DNA of 64,000 nucleotides from Clostridia bacterium (GTDB lineage: Bacteria; Bacillota; Clostridia; Oscillospirales; CAG-272). A program made the position numbers and the translations under genes. Shown one piece after another: positions 1-8,856 of this stretch; within the stretch, counting starts at the first letter, position 1, and each line of letters opens with the position of its first letter. The notes beneath the pieces were generated by a model. The model was given only the letters and a program-made list of their open reading frames with translations, ran no database searches and was not told where the DNA came from. The stretch is from NCBI GenBank assembly GCA_017407835.1, contig JAFQVV010000015.1, positions 10,954 to 74,953 of the forward strand, given 5' to 3'.

Positions 1-77
1 TTCAGCCACGGAATAATGATGGAGGTGTCAAGACCGCCCGAGTAGGCAAGAACGATTTTTTTGATGTTCTTTTTCAT
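1..77 (-). CDS. argG: argininosuccinate synthase, first 25 codons only (gene runs off the left edge)
   Basis: The reverse strand from ATG (75-77) reads [34 protein letters not shown] is the PP-loop signature at the ArgG N-terminus. An AAAGGA SD-like element lies upstream. It is absent from the ORF track because it is truncated. Confidence 0.7.
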   Translation of the reverse strand, partial: MKKNIKKIVLAYSGGLDTSIIIPWL

Positions 78-280
78 GATCTGGATATATCCTTTCTTTG
101 CGTATAATGTATATATTTGTGATGATAATATTATAGCGCATATTTATGCGAAAATCAATTGGTATATTCAACAAAAATGGAATAATATTCATTCGATTCC
201 TACTGCATAACCGCAAACCATCACTTCCCACGACTCATTTTTGCCCTTTTGCGCACACTTGGGGTGAAGGAGATGATGAA

Positions 281-1072
281 ATGAAATGGAAAAATATTCA
301 CTGTATTCGTTTTTTCGCGGCGCTTTGTGTATTGTTGACAATCCCGGTGGGTGCCCGTGAGGGAATGGGGTGGTATTGCGTACGCAATTCGGCCAATCAA
401 CAGCCCAGGTTTGGTGAGGATTTGTGCTGGGTTGAGCAATATGACGGATATTATATCGATCACCGCCACGGAGACGCGGAGAGGGAAAAAGTGGTTTATC
501 TCACGTTTGATGCGGGATATGAAAATGGAAATGTGGCAAAAACACTGGATGTGATGCGTGAGCATAACGTCACCGGTGCATTTTTTATCTTGGGTAATGT
601 GATCGAGCGCGAGCCTGCATTGGTTCGGCGGATGGTGGATGAGGGGCATCTTGTCTGCAATCACACCTATTACCATCCCGATATGACTACCAAGACGACC
701 TGCGCGGAATTTGCCGATGAATTAACCGCACTGGAAGAAGCCTATACCAATTTGATCGGACAACCCATGCCGAAATATTACCGTCCCCCCGAGGGCAGAT
801 TTAATGAAGAAAACCTCGCGTGGGCGCAGTCGCTTGGATATAAAACGATTTTCTGGAGCTTTGCTTATGCCGATTGGGACAATCAGCGGCAGCCGACACC
901 CGAGCAGGCGAAGGAAAAGATTCTGTCCAATTTGCACAATGGAGCGGTTATTTTGCTGCATCCGACATCGGCAACCAATGCCGCGGTTTTGGGGGATATC
1001 ATCACCCAATTGAAAGCAGACGGCTGGCGTTTTGGATCTTTGGATGAGTTGACAGCTGCGGAGGCAAAATGA
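281..1072 (+). CDS. pdaA: polysaccharide deacetylase, PdaA-like (spore-cortex delta-lactam de-N-acetylase family)
   Basis: The ORF is 146..1072; I prefer ATG 281 (MKWKNIH...), which follows GGTGAAGGAG and precedes a signal-like hydrophobic stretch. VVYLTFDAGYENGN...GAFFILGN...RRMVDEGHLVCNHTYYHPDM matches the NodB/PdaA pattern. Confidence 0.7.
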   Translation: MKWKNIHCIRFFAALCVLLTIPVGAREGMGWYCVRNSANQQPRFGEDLCWVEQYDGYYIDHRHGDAEREKVVYLTFDAGYENGNVAKTLDVMREHNVTGAFFILGNVIEREPALVRRMVDEGHLVCNHTYYHPDMTTKTTCAEFADELTALEEAYTNLIGQPMPKYYRPPEGRFNEENLAWAQSLGYKTIFWSFAYADWDNQRQPTPEQAKEKILSNLHNGAVILLHPTSATNAAVLGDIITQLKADGWRFGSLDELTAAEAK

Positions 1073-1761
1073 GGAGGCGGACGGGGGCGGTATGCTTGCT
1101 GCTGTGCTGCCTGCTCATGTTAATGCCGATTGCTGCAGCGGCAGGTGGGGACAGCAGTATTGTTTTCCACGCAAATGAAAATCATGAGGATAAGATCGCA
1201 CTGACCTTTGATGACGGTCCACATCCGCGCTATACTCCGCAAATTCTTGCTATTCTTCGCAAATACGGCGTACACGCAACCTTTTTTGTGATCGGACAGA
1301 ATGTTGAGTATTATCCCGAACTAATCGGACAGATTTTGGCAGATGGACATGAAATCGGAAATCACACCTATGATCATGGAAGAATGTCAACCCAAACAAG
1401 CGCACAAATTAAAGAAGAGATTTTGCGCACCGAATCGGCAATTTATGAGCTGTCCGACTATCGTACAAAGCTGCTTCGTCCGCCCGAAGGGATGCTCAAT
1501 GAGCAGGTTATCGCGGCGGCGGGCGAGCTCGATTATCGCGTTATTCTCTGGAATATCGATACTCGTGATTGGGATCATACCCCATCCGATGAGATTGCCG
1601 CACACATTTTGCACGAAGTAAAATCAGGCGATATTATTTTGATGCATGACTATATCGGACGGGAGAGCCCGACACCTGCGGCACTGGAAATTGTCATTCC
1701 CGCACTGATAGAGGCGGGCTATCGGTTTGTGGGCATCAGTGAATTGCTGGGCAGTAAATAA
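1069..1761 (+). CDS. polysaccharide deacetylase family protein (NodB domain), secreted
   Basis: ATGA overlap with the upstream gene. It has an N-terminal signal peptide. IALTFDDGPHPRYT...ATFFVIGQNV...DGHEIGNHTYDH are NodB motifs. Confidence 0.85.
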   Translation: MRRRTGAVCLLLCCLLMLMPIAAAAGGDSSIVFHANENHEDKIALTFDDGPHPRYTPQILAILRKYGVHATFFVIGQNVEYYPELIGQILADGHEIGNHTYDHGRMSTQTSAQIKEEILRTESAIYELSDYRTKLLRPPEGMLNEQVIAAAGELDYRVILWNIDTRDWDHTPSDEIAAHILHEVKSGDIILMHDYIGRESPTPAALEIVIPALIEAGYRFVGISELLGSK

Positions 1762-1766
1762 CACAA

Positions 1767-1796
1767 GGGGTGTCGCGAAAATGAGCGCGGCACCCC
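1767..1796. terminator. hairpin between convergent genes (probable terminator)
   Basis: GGGGTGTCGCG-aaaatga-GCGCGGCACCCC forms about 11 bp including one G-U pair. The T-tracts are weak on both strands. Confidence 0.45.
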
Positions 1797-1811
1797 CTCG
1801 TTTAGGCAGCA

Positions 1812-2810
1812 TTAAAGCAGAGCTGCCGCATCCGGATCGGCGAGCATATCTCCGTCGTCGTCATCATCGGTATGCTCTTCATCGTTTTTGTAGGGCTTGA
1901 TCATCAGCTCATCGATCTTGGGGTAAGCCGCATATGCTGCCATAAATGCCAGACTTGCGGGAACATAAAAAATGGGCAAAATGACAACCACAACCAGACC
2001 AAGCGGGCCGAGAAGGGAAATAACAATATAGTTGAGAATCAACAAAACAACCGCGCCAAACAGTGCCATGAAGTTGCGCTTGATGCCGACGACTGCGAAA
2101 ATAAAGGCATTTTTGATCAGCTTGCGAATGGGCAGGTCAAAGGTAACCAGCATGAGATAGAGATAAAAGCGCATGAATGTGTAGAGCAGAAGCAGAGCAA
2201 TGATGAGGTAGAACATGACATCCATGGCAAAGGTGCCGATCAGGTTGTAGAAATAAACCAGATCGAAAATCAGCAGAGCAAGGATGGAGAGATCGATGAT
2301 GCCGAGCAAAAGTCCTTGCTTGAGATTGCGTCGGATGGCATAAAAGAAATCGCTCCACATAAACACAGGCTCACCCCGTACCATACTGCGCAGAATATAG
2401 GTAGAACCGACATTGAGCCAGCCGAACACGCACAGCCAAAGAATACCAATTGCCGCGATGCCGATGATGAACCATACCGAGAGGAAGGGAAGCTGGAACT
2501 GAATGCCGTTAACACCGAACAGCGGAGCCAGAACCGGCGTCTGTATCACTTGAGATGCCCCCCATAACGCGGGATAAAGGGGAGAAAGGACGGAGGGCGT
2601 TTTCTCGCCGGTGAAGAAAAGATAGAACATGATTATCGGGGGGATAAAGATCAGCAGAAGGTAGAGATTGAGTGAGAGCAGACGGGTGAATTTTCGTCCG
2701 TAAAGCTTAAAAAAATTCGAAAGATTCGGCGGTCCGAGAGCCTCGTCCTTTTCAACACCTTTGCCGTCACGGTAGAGATTGAACAATTGAAATTTTTTCT
2801 TTTTTTCCAC
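1812..2810 (-). CDS. polytopic membrane protein, DUF624/YesL-like, with acidic C-terminal tail
   Basis: 332 aa with multiple TM helices. The segment GSTYILRSMVRGEPVFMWSDFFYAIRRNLKQGLLLG resembles the DUF624 core. The tail is DEEHTDDDDDGD. Confidence 0.45.
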   Translation of the reverse strand: MEKKKKFQLFNLYRDGKGVEKDEALGPPNLSNFFKLYGRKFTRLLSLNLYLLLIFIPPIIMFYLFFTGEKTPSVLSPLYPALWGASQVIQTPVLAPLFGVNGIQFQLPFLSVWFIIGIAAIGILWLCVFGWLNVGSTYILRSMVRGEPVFMWSDFFYAIRRNLKQGLLLGIIDLSILALLIFDLVYFYNLIGTFAMDVMFYLIIALLLLYTFMRFYLYLMLVTFDLPIRKLIKNAFIFAVVGIKRNFMALFGAVVLLILNYIVISLLGPLGLVVVVILPIFYVPASLAFMAAYAAYPKIDELMIKPYKNDEEHTDDDDDGDMLADPDAAALL

Positions 2811-2837
2811 GTTTTTTAACCTCGTTTGAATGGATGA

Positions 2838-3485
2838 TCAAAATAGAAAAGATGATAGAGAAGCATATAAGAAATTAACAATCAGCACAAACCCGAAAAT
2901 CGTCAGATAATGAAAGAGATATTGCCGAACAAACGGCGCCGTCAGTATCATGCGCGGTCTTGCGCAGATTTCCCGATACCGATGTGAGAAGATGACGGCT
3001 TGTGCGGAAAGTTCGACAAAAGAAGCGGCAATCAGGACATTCGCACCGAGAAAGAGCAGAAATGCGGCGGGGGCGCGATCCATGGTGATCATTCCTTCGG
3101 TGATTGCGGCACAGAGATAGGAGGAAGTGAATCCCAGCGAAAATCCTCTCCATACCGTTTGCAGCGAAAGTGCCAGGGGACAGAACATCGTAAATCCCGC
3201 GGTTAAAATGAAGAGCATGGAGCGAATATTTGCCCCCGCATCTTCAATGACGGTACAAATCCGTGCGAGAAGGGAGGCATCGGTATTCATTGCTCTGTCA
3301 AAATGCGCTTCAACATATGGTGTGAGTGCCGGAAGAGAGTTGATATCGAGGAGAGAGCAAAACACAATGCCGAACACAAAAGCCAATAAATACAAAAGCA
3401 GATACTGGCCCGTGATACGGAGACGAATATAAATGGGGGAATTACGGCGCGCGATAACGTGGGGCGGCGTAATGCATTCCTGCAT
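2838..3485 (-). CDS. spoIIM: stage II sporulation protein M-like membrane protein
   Basis: The ORF is 2838..3503; ATG at 3485 follows AGGAGG with a 7-nt spacer. The N-terminus HVIARRNSPIYIRLRITGQYLLLYLLAFVFGIVF parallels the SpoIIM N-terminus, followed by about 5 TM helices. Size is about 215 aa. Confidence 0.55.
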   Translation of the reverse strand: MQECITPPHVIARRNSPIYIRLRITGQYLLLYLLAFVFGIVFCSLLDINSLPALTPYVEAHFDRAMNTDASLLARICTVIEDAGANIRSMLFILTAGFTMFCPLALSLQTVWRGFSLGFTSSYLCAAITEGMITMDRAPAAFLLFLGANVLIAASFVELSAQAVIFSHRYREICARPRMILTAPFVRQYLFHYLTIFGFVLIVNFLYASLSSFLF

Positions 3486-3543
3486 GGTAGTACCTCCTGC
3501 CAATGGATTTGTTCCATTCTATGGCAGAGGACAAGGGTTTATG

Positions 3544-4347
3544 TCAAGTGCGGCCAAGCTCTTCGGCGCGTTTGGTACAGGCGAGCATGGCTTGGTGGAT
3601 TATCTCGGCAAACCGACCTTCTTCGAGCTTATGCATTGCCTGCTCGGTCGTGCCTTTCTTCGAGCAAACCATGGCAATCAGCTCATCAGGAGTTTTGTCC
3701 GATTGGAGCACCAGCTTGGCAGAGCCGATCACACTGTGGCAAACCGCTTCAAGCAAGCCCTCTTCGGCGAGTCCCTGTGCGAGACCGCTCTCGTAGATGG
3801 ACTTGATGAAGAGAAAAATATATGCAGGGGAGGAGGACGTCACCGAAATGATTTTGTTCATATCGGGTTCGTCAAGGACGATGGTGTGTCCCGTCGTATC
3901 AAAAACCTCACGAATGGCAGAGAAGGTTTCGTCATCCACCGCGGCATTGCGGCAAAGGGCGGTTACACCCTGTCCGATCAGCATGGGCGTGTTGGGCATC
4001 GTGCGGATAACGGGCAAATCACCGAATGCGTCGGTGAAGGTTTTGATGGAAATCCCCGCGGCAATCGAGACAATGATTTTGTTGTGACATACATCAGCCA
4101 GGCGAAGCTCGTCGAGCAGTTCCGGGATGTTCTGCGGTTTTACCGCAAAAAAAATACAATCGGCGGCAGCGACAGCCTCCGCGGCTGATGCGCAGCGGTG
4201 ATATGTACGTGCGGAGAATTTATTCAATGCCTCGGGAAGTCGGTCAAACAGATAGATATCTCGATCATCCACAATCTGCTGCAATCCGCCGAGAATGGCA
4301 GATGCCATGTTGCCGACACCGAGAAATGCAAATTTAAGTTGTTTCAT
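3544..4347 (-). CDS. proC: pyrroline-5-carboxylate reductase
   Basis: MKQLKFAFLGVGNMASAILGGL is a Rossmann N-terminus, and the C-terminus carries KKGTTEQA.. (the ProC signature region). Start 4347 follows GAAGAGG; the ORF track extends to 4410. Confidence 0.85.
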   Translation of the reverse strand: MKQLKFAFLGVGNMASAILGGLQQIVDDRDIYLFDRLPEALNKFSARTYHRCASAAEAVAAADCIFFAVKPQNIPELLDELRLADVCHNKIIVSIAAGISIKTFTDAFGDLPVIRTMPNTPMLIGQGVTALCRNAAVDDETFSAIREVFDTTGHTIVLDEPDMNKIISVTSSSPAYIFLFIKSIYESGLAQGLAEEGLLEAVCHSVIGSAKLVLQSDKTPDELIAMVCSKKGTTEQAMHKLEEGRFAEIIHQAMLACTKRAEELGRT

Positions 4348-4502
4348 TATCAATACCTCTTCGGGATCAAATACAACGTTCATTTTAACATATTCCATAC
4401 CTAAAATCAACGGGAAAGCAAAATAATTTACAACTTTTCGCTATATTGTTGCCAAATATAAGTCTTTTGCGGTCAAAGAAAAGAAAAAAGTCGCCATCCT
4501 AC

Positions 4503-4531
4503 TTGAATCCCGGGGAAAATCGTGATATAAT
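4503..4531 (+). promoter_or_regulatory. sigma-A type promoter for nfnAB
   Basis: TTGAAT (4503-4508), 17-nt spacer, TGaTATAAT (extended -10; TATAAT at 4526-4531). Confidence 0.5.
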
Positions 4532-4564
4532 TATACAATATCCTACCGATGGGAGAAGATCCTA

Positions 4565-5416
4565 ATGTTTAAGATTGTTCGTAAATATTCACTCAATGAC
4601 ACAACCGATTTTCTGTCGGTTTATGCCCCCCGTATTGCTGCCAAGGCAAAACCGGGACAATTTATTATTTTTCGCATTGATGAAACCGGAGAGAGAATCC
4701 CGCTGACCATTGCCGGCTATGACCGTGCGGCCGGGACAGTTTCGGTGATTTTTCAAAAGGTTGGCAAATCCACGATCAAGCTTGGCGAGATGAAGGAGGG
4801 CGATGAAATCCTCGATTTTGTCGGACCGCTTGGCACACCCTCGCATCTTGATGGTTATCGCCGTGTTGCCGTGATCGGCGGCGGACTCGGCTGTGCGATT
4901 GCCTATCCGCAGGCCAAATATTTGCACGAGCAGGGAACAGAGGTTGATATGATCGTCGGCTTCCGCTCCAAAGATATCATCATTCTCGAAGAGGAAATGC
5001 GTGCGTGCTCCAATACCCTCACCATTCTCACCGACGACGGTTCCAACGGCAATCAGGGTCTTGTTACCGATGGTCTCAAGCAAAAAATCGAATCGGGTGC
5101 GCAGTATGATCTTGTGATTGCGATCGGCCCGCCCATAATGATGAAATTTGTCTGCCGGCTGACTAAGCAGTACGGCATCAAAACCATTGTCAGCATGAAC
5201 CCCATCATGATCGACGGTACGGGAATGTGCGGCGGCTGCCGTGTGACGGTTGGAGGAAAGATCAAATTCGCTTGTGTGGACGGTCCGGATTTTGACGGCC
5301 ACGAGGTCGATTTTGATGAATTGATCCGCCGCAATCGTATGTATGCCGCCGATGAGCGTCATGCCCGCGATGCACATTGCAATCTGATGAAAATGGCCAA
5401 TACCGAACAGAGGTGA
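4565..5416 (+). CDS. nfnA: NfnA-like FAD/NAD(P)- and [2Fe-2S]-binding subunit (PyrK/SudB-like partner of homotetrameric-type GltD)
   Basis: 283 aa. FIIFRIDETGERIPLTIAG is an FAD-binding beta-barrel, and the C-terminal GTGMCGGCRV...FACVDGP is a 2Fe-2S Cys cluster. It is directly followed by a GltD-like subunit. Confidence 0.75.
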   Translation: MFKIVRKYSLNDTTDFLSVYAPRIAAKAKPGQFIIFRIDETGERIPLTIAGYDRAAGTVSVIFQKVGKSTIKLGEMKEGDEILDFVGPLGTPSHLDGYRRVAVIGGGLGCAIAYPQAKYLHEQGTEVDMIVGFRSKDIIILEEEMRACSNTLTILTDDGSNGNQGLVTDGLKQKIESGAQYDLVIAIGPPIMMKFVCRLTKQYGIKTIVSMNPIMIDGTGMCGGCRVTVGGKIKFACVDGPDFDGHEVDFDELIRRNRMYAADERHARDAHCNLMKMANTEQR

Positions 5417-5424
5417 AACTATCC

Positions 5425-6834
5425 ATGCCCAATATGCAGTTAAATAAAGTCCCCATGCCCGAGGCTTGCCCTGCTGTGCGCAGCCGCAATTTTGAGGAAG
5501 TCGCGCACGGCTATTCAGCCGAGGATGCCATGCTGGAAGCCCAACGCTGTCTGAATTGCAAAAATCGTCCCTGCGTGTCGGGATGTCCTGTGAATGTAAA
5601 AATTCCCGATTTTATCGCCAAGGTTGCCGAGGGCGATTTTGAGGGGGCGTATGCGATTATTCGCTCAACCAACGCGCTTCCCGCTGTCTGCGGCCGTGTT
5701 TGTCCGCAGGAAAATCAGTGTGAGGGTAAATGCGTGCGCGGTATCAAAGGAGAGAGCGTTGCCATCGGCCGTCTTGAACGTTTCTGCGCCGATTATCATA
5801 TGCAGCACGCAGAAAAAACAACGCCGTGCAAATCCGATGAGACCTCGGTTCGTGTCGCAGTTATCGGATCCGGACCGGCAGGTCTGTCCTGTGCGGGTGA
5901 GCTTGCCCGCCGCGGATATCGCGTCACGGTATTTGAAGCTTTCCATACAGCCGGCGGCGTTTTGGTTTACGGTATTCCTGAATTCCGTTTGCCCAAAGCA
6001 ATCGTCAAAACCGAAATTGAGGGCCTGCAGGCAATGGGGGTGGAGATCGCGCTGGATACCGTTGTCGGCCGTGCCGTTACGGTGGACGAGCTGTTCGAGG
6101 AGGGCTATGCTGCCGTCTTTATCGGCTCGGGTGCAGGATTGCCCGGTTTCCTCGGAATTCCCGGAGAGAACAGCTGCGGTGTCTATTCCGCCAATGAATA
6201 TTTAACTCGCGTGAATTTGATGAAAGCTTACCGCGAAGAATACGATACCCCCATTATCCATGCCAAGCGCGTCGCTGTTGTCGGCGGGGGCAATGTCGCA
6301 ATGGATGCTGCCCGCTGTGCGATGCGCCTGGGGGCGGAAGAGGTTTCGATTGTCTACCGCCGCAGTGAGGCCGAGATGCCTGCCCGCCGGGAAGAAGTAC
6401 ATCATGCCAAAGAAGAAGGAATCATTTTCCGCGTGCTGACAAACCCCGCAGCAATCTCCGCCGATGATGATGGCTTTGTTACCGCAATGACCTGCGACCT
6501 GATGCGGCTGGGGGATCCCGATGCATCGGGACGCTGCCGCCCGGAACCGACAGGAGAGCAGATTGCCCTTGATGTGGATACCGTGATTGTTGCGGTCGGT
6601 ACATCCCCCAATCCCTTGATTCGCATGACAACCCCCGGTCTTGATACCGATCGTCGAGGATGCATCATGACCGCCGATGGGGTGAGCACCAGCCGAGAGG
6701 GCGTTTTTGCCGGCGGCGATGCGGTTACGGGTGCGGCAACTGTCATTCTTGCGATGGGCGCAGGGCGAGAGGCCGCCAAGAAAATTGATGCCTACTGCCG
6801 TGAAAAAGGATACAGAGACGAGAAAAACAGTTGA
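5425..6834 (+). CDS. nfnB: NfnB-like / glutamate synthase (NADPH) small-chain family oxidoreductase
   Basis: Start ATG 5425 follows AGAGGTGA. CLNCKNRPCVSGCPV and CGRVCPQENQCEGKC are Fe-S motifs. VAVIGSGPAGLSCA and VAVVGGGNVAMDAA are two dinucleotide folds. Confidence 0.8.
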   Translation: MPNMQLNKVPMPEACPAVRSRNFEEVAHGYSAEDAMLEAQRCLNCKNRPCVSGCPVNVKIPDFIAKVAEGDFEGAYAIIRSTNALPAVCGRVCPQENQCEGKCVRGIKGESVAIGRLERFCADYHMQHAEKTTPCKSDETSVRVAVIGSGPAGLSCAGELARRGYRVTVFEAFHTAGGVLVYGIPEFRLPKAIVKTEIEGLQAMGVEIALDTVVGRAVTVDELFEEGYAAVFIGSGAGLPGFLGIPGENSCGVYSANEYLTRVNLMKAYREEYDTPIIHAKRVAVVGGGNVAMDAARCAMRLGAEEVSIVYRRSEAEMPARREEVHHAKEEGIIFRVLTNPAAISADDDGFVTAMTCDLMRLGDPDASGRCRPEPTGEQIALDVDTVIVAVGTSPNPLIRMTTPGLDTDRRGCIMTADGVSTSREGVFAGGDAVTGAATVILAMGAGREAAKKIDAYCREKGYRDEKNS

Positions 6835-6840
6835 TAAAGA

Positions 6841-6884
6841 AAACGGGGTGCCGTGCAAATCGCGCGGCATCCCGTTTGTTTGTG
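6841..6884. terminator. bidirectional rho-independent terminator (nfnB / lipoprotein convergent)
   Basis: AAACGGGGTGCCG-11 nt loop-CGGCATCCCGTTT forms a 13-bp stem with one G-U pair, followed by a TTTGTTTGT tract. Confidence 0.7.
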
Positions 6885-6896
6885 CTTGTATGAAAT

Positions 6897-7310
6897 TCAT
6901 TGCGCGCACCGCTTGCAGACACGTGATTTTCCCGCAGCCTGCGCCTCAGATTCTACGCCGGAATGCAGATTCTGCGCGTTTTTGAGCGAAGAGCAGGTGG
7001 CGTCGATATGCCAGACTTCTCCGCTGTCGGTCCAATAAACAAGAAATTTGCGCGTGGGCTCGGTGGCCGAGGCAGATGCATCATCTGTGTCGGTTGGCAC
7101 ACTCGTCTCCGTCGAGGGGAGAACAGTGGTGTTTTCAGCCGCAAGCATGGATGCCTGCGCCGATTGGATCATGGCACGGACTTGCTCGGCACTCACCGTC
7201 TCAAGCGCATCGGCAGAATCCTGTTCCGAACAGGCGAAGATTGAGAAAAGAGAAAGGGAAATAAAAAACAGCGAGAGGAATTTTCGCACAGTATTTTTGA
7301 ATGTTTTCAT
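6897..7310 (-). CDS. small lipoprotein with C-terminal Cys/His motif
   Basis: Start ATG 7310 gives MKTFKNTVRKFLSLFFISLSLFSIFAC (lipobox IFAC). The C-terminus is VYWTDSGEVWHIDATCSSL...GKSRVCKRC. The start overlaps the upstream stop (ATGA). Confidence 0.6.
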   Translation of the reverse strand: MKTFKNTVRKFLSLFFISLSLFSIFACSEQDSADALETVSAEQVRAMIQSAQASMLAAENTTVLPSTETSVPTDTDDASASATEPTRKFLVYWTDSGEVWHIDATCSSLKNAQNLHSGVESEAQAAGKSRVCKRCAQ

Positions 7311-8500
7311 TTGTTTTTGATTGCACGGACAATGCGTTCTGCCGCCTCGGCAAGCATTGCACGAGGCATGGCGACATTGATCCGCATATAGCCAAGATAG
7401 TCGGGGGAAAACCATTCACCGGGATCGGGAACAACACGGGCGACATCGCATAATCTGCGGAAAATTTCGTCGGACGGAATGCCGCATCCGCGAAAATCCG
7501 CCCACAGCAGATAGGTTGAATCGGGATCGGTCAGGCGTATTTCGGGGATATGTTCGCGCAGATACTTCCGCAGGAAGGTCATGTTTTCGGTCAGATATAC
7601 GCAAAGCTCGTCTGCATAATAAGCCGCAGGGCCGTAGGCTGCAGTAATCACTTCTGTCGACATGAATGAGGCAGTTGGCATATGCAGAGTATCCCAGAAG
7701 CGGCGAATCTGCGCACGCTCTTCGGCATCGGGGACGATCATGTATGCCGAATGTGTACCTGCAGCATTAAAGCTCTTGGATGGCGAGCCAAGCTGCAGAA
7801 TTCGCTTTCCACCTTCTGCCGCAAGAAGTGCAGGGGTGAATTTTGCCCCGCCCAACATGATGTCGGAGTGAATCTCATCGCTGACAAGATAGACATCGTT
7901 TTCGCTGCATATGCGATAAATTTCAGCCAGCTCATCATAAGTATAAAGCCGCCCGGTAGGATTGTGCGGCGAACAGAGAATCATCATCTTCGTGCAGGGG
8001 TCGGCGGCAAGTCTGCGCAGATCATCAAAATCGATTTCATAGCGAAGTGTGCCGGCGTCGTTGTGCTCGATGAGTTTGTTTTCGCGCACAACACGGCCCA
8101 TGTTGCACGTTACATGGACAAAGGGAGGGTATATGGGCGGCTGGACAATGATTCCGTCCCCTGCGGCGGTAAAGGCGGCGATGGCGGCAGAAATGCCCGC
8201 AACCACACCGGGAGAGGGCAGAATGGATTCGGGAGAGACGGCCAAGCCGTGCCGTGTTTGCATCCAATCGGCGATTGCTGTATAGAAATGCGGGTTGAGC
8301 GTTCGATAGCCAATTGCACCGGGGGAGAATGCGGAACAAACGGCATCAAGCAGCTCGGGCGCGCAGAAAAAGTCCATATCAGCCACCCAGAGAGGGAGAA
8401 TATCGTCGCCGGGCTGCAGATTGAATTCTGCCTCAAGGCAGTCCCATTTTACCGAATCGGTTCCGCGGCGTGCAGGGGCTTGGTCAAAATTCATTCTCAT
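7307..8500 (-). CDS. patB: PLP-dependent aminotransferase class I/II, MalY/PatB-type C-S lyase
   Basis: Start 8500 follows GGAGG with a 6-nt spacer; the ORF track extends to 8620. NFDQAPARRGTDSVKWD is the N-terminal signature of MalY/PatB, and SPSKSFN is the PLP lysine motif. Confidence 0.8.
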   Translation of the reverse strand: MRMNFDQAPARRGTDSVKWDCLEAEFNLQPGDDILPLWVADMDFFCAPELLDAVCSAFSPGAIGYRTLNPHFYTAIADWMQTRHGLAVSPESILPSPGVVAGISAAIAAFTAAGDGIIVQPPIYPPFVHVTCNMGRVVRENKLIEHNDAGTLRYEIDFDDLRRLAADPCTKMMILCSPHNPTGRLYTYDELAEIYRICSENDVYLVSDEIHSDIMLGGAKFTPALLAAEGGKRILQLGSPSKSFNAAGTHSAYMIVPDAEERAQIRRFWDTLHMPTASFMSTEVITAAYGPAAYYADELCVYLTENMTFLRKYLREHIPEIRLTDPDSTYLLWADFRGCGIPSDEIFRRLCDVARVVPDPGEWFSPDYLGYMRINVAMPRAMLAEAAERIVRAIKNK

Positions 8501-8534
8501 GCGAATCCTCCAAGTTCTATGTGTTGTTATTCCT

Positions 8535-8563
8535 ATTGTAACATATTTCGACTCAAAAGGCAA
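8535..8563 (-). promoter_or_regulatory. sigma-A type promoter for patB operon
   Basis: The minus strand reads TTGCCT, 17-nt spacer, TGtTACAAT. Confidence 0.45.
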
Positions 8564-8638
8564 GAGGAGAAATGCACCCGGACGAATGACTGTATACATT
8601 GATTTCGCAAAAAAACGCAAAAAAATACGGAATACCTC

Positions 8639-8667
8639 TTGTCAAGTCGAAGAATATATGATATACT
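8639..8667 (+). promoter_or_regulatory. sigma-A type promoter for SAM riboswitch-metK
   Basis: TTGTCA (8639-8644), 17 nt, TATACT (8662-8667). The riboswitch begins about 10 nt downstream. Confidence 0.5.
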
Positions 8668-8676
8668 ATATATAAT

Positions 8677-8802
8677 TCTTATCAAGAGTGGCGGAGGGAC
8701 TGGCCCTGTGAAGCCCGGCAACCTGCAGTCTGCAAGGTGCTAATTCCCGAGAGATGAGACACAGACAGTGTTGCGGTCCCTCGGTGACGAGGGCGTTTTT
8801 TT
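8677..8802 (+). promoter_or_regulatory. SAM-I (S-box) riboswitch with intrinsic terminator
   Basis: TTCTTATCAAGAGTGGCGGAGGGACTGGCCCTGTGAAGCCCGGCAACC...GGTGCTAATTCC matches the S-box core. The terminator CCCTCG-gtga-CGAGGG plus T7 lies at 8778-8802. It sits immediately upstream of metK. Confidence 0.9.
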
Positions 8803-8856
8803 ATGCGCACAGAAAGCCATTCAATACGACTTGCCGCGAAAAGGAAAGGTATGTTT

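Noticed and set aside
28-231. 67-aa minus-strand ORF at the left edge
   Set aside because: It is out of frame with the clear argG N-terminus (start at 77) and spans the argG/pdaA intergenic promoter region.
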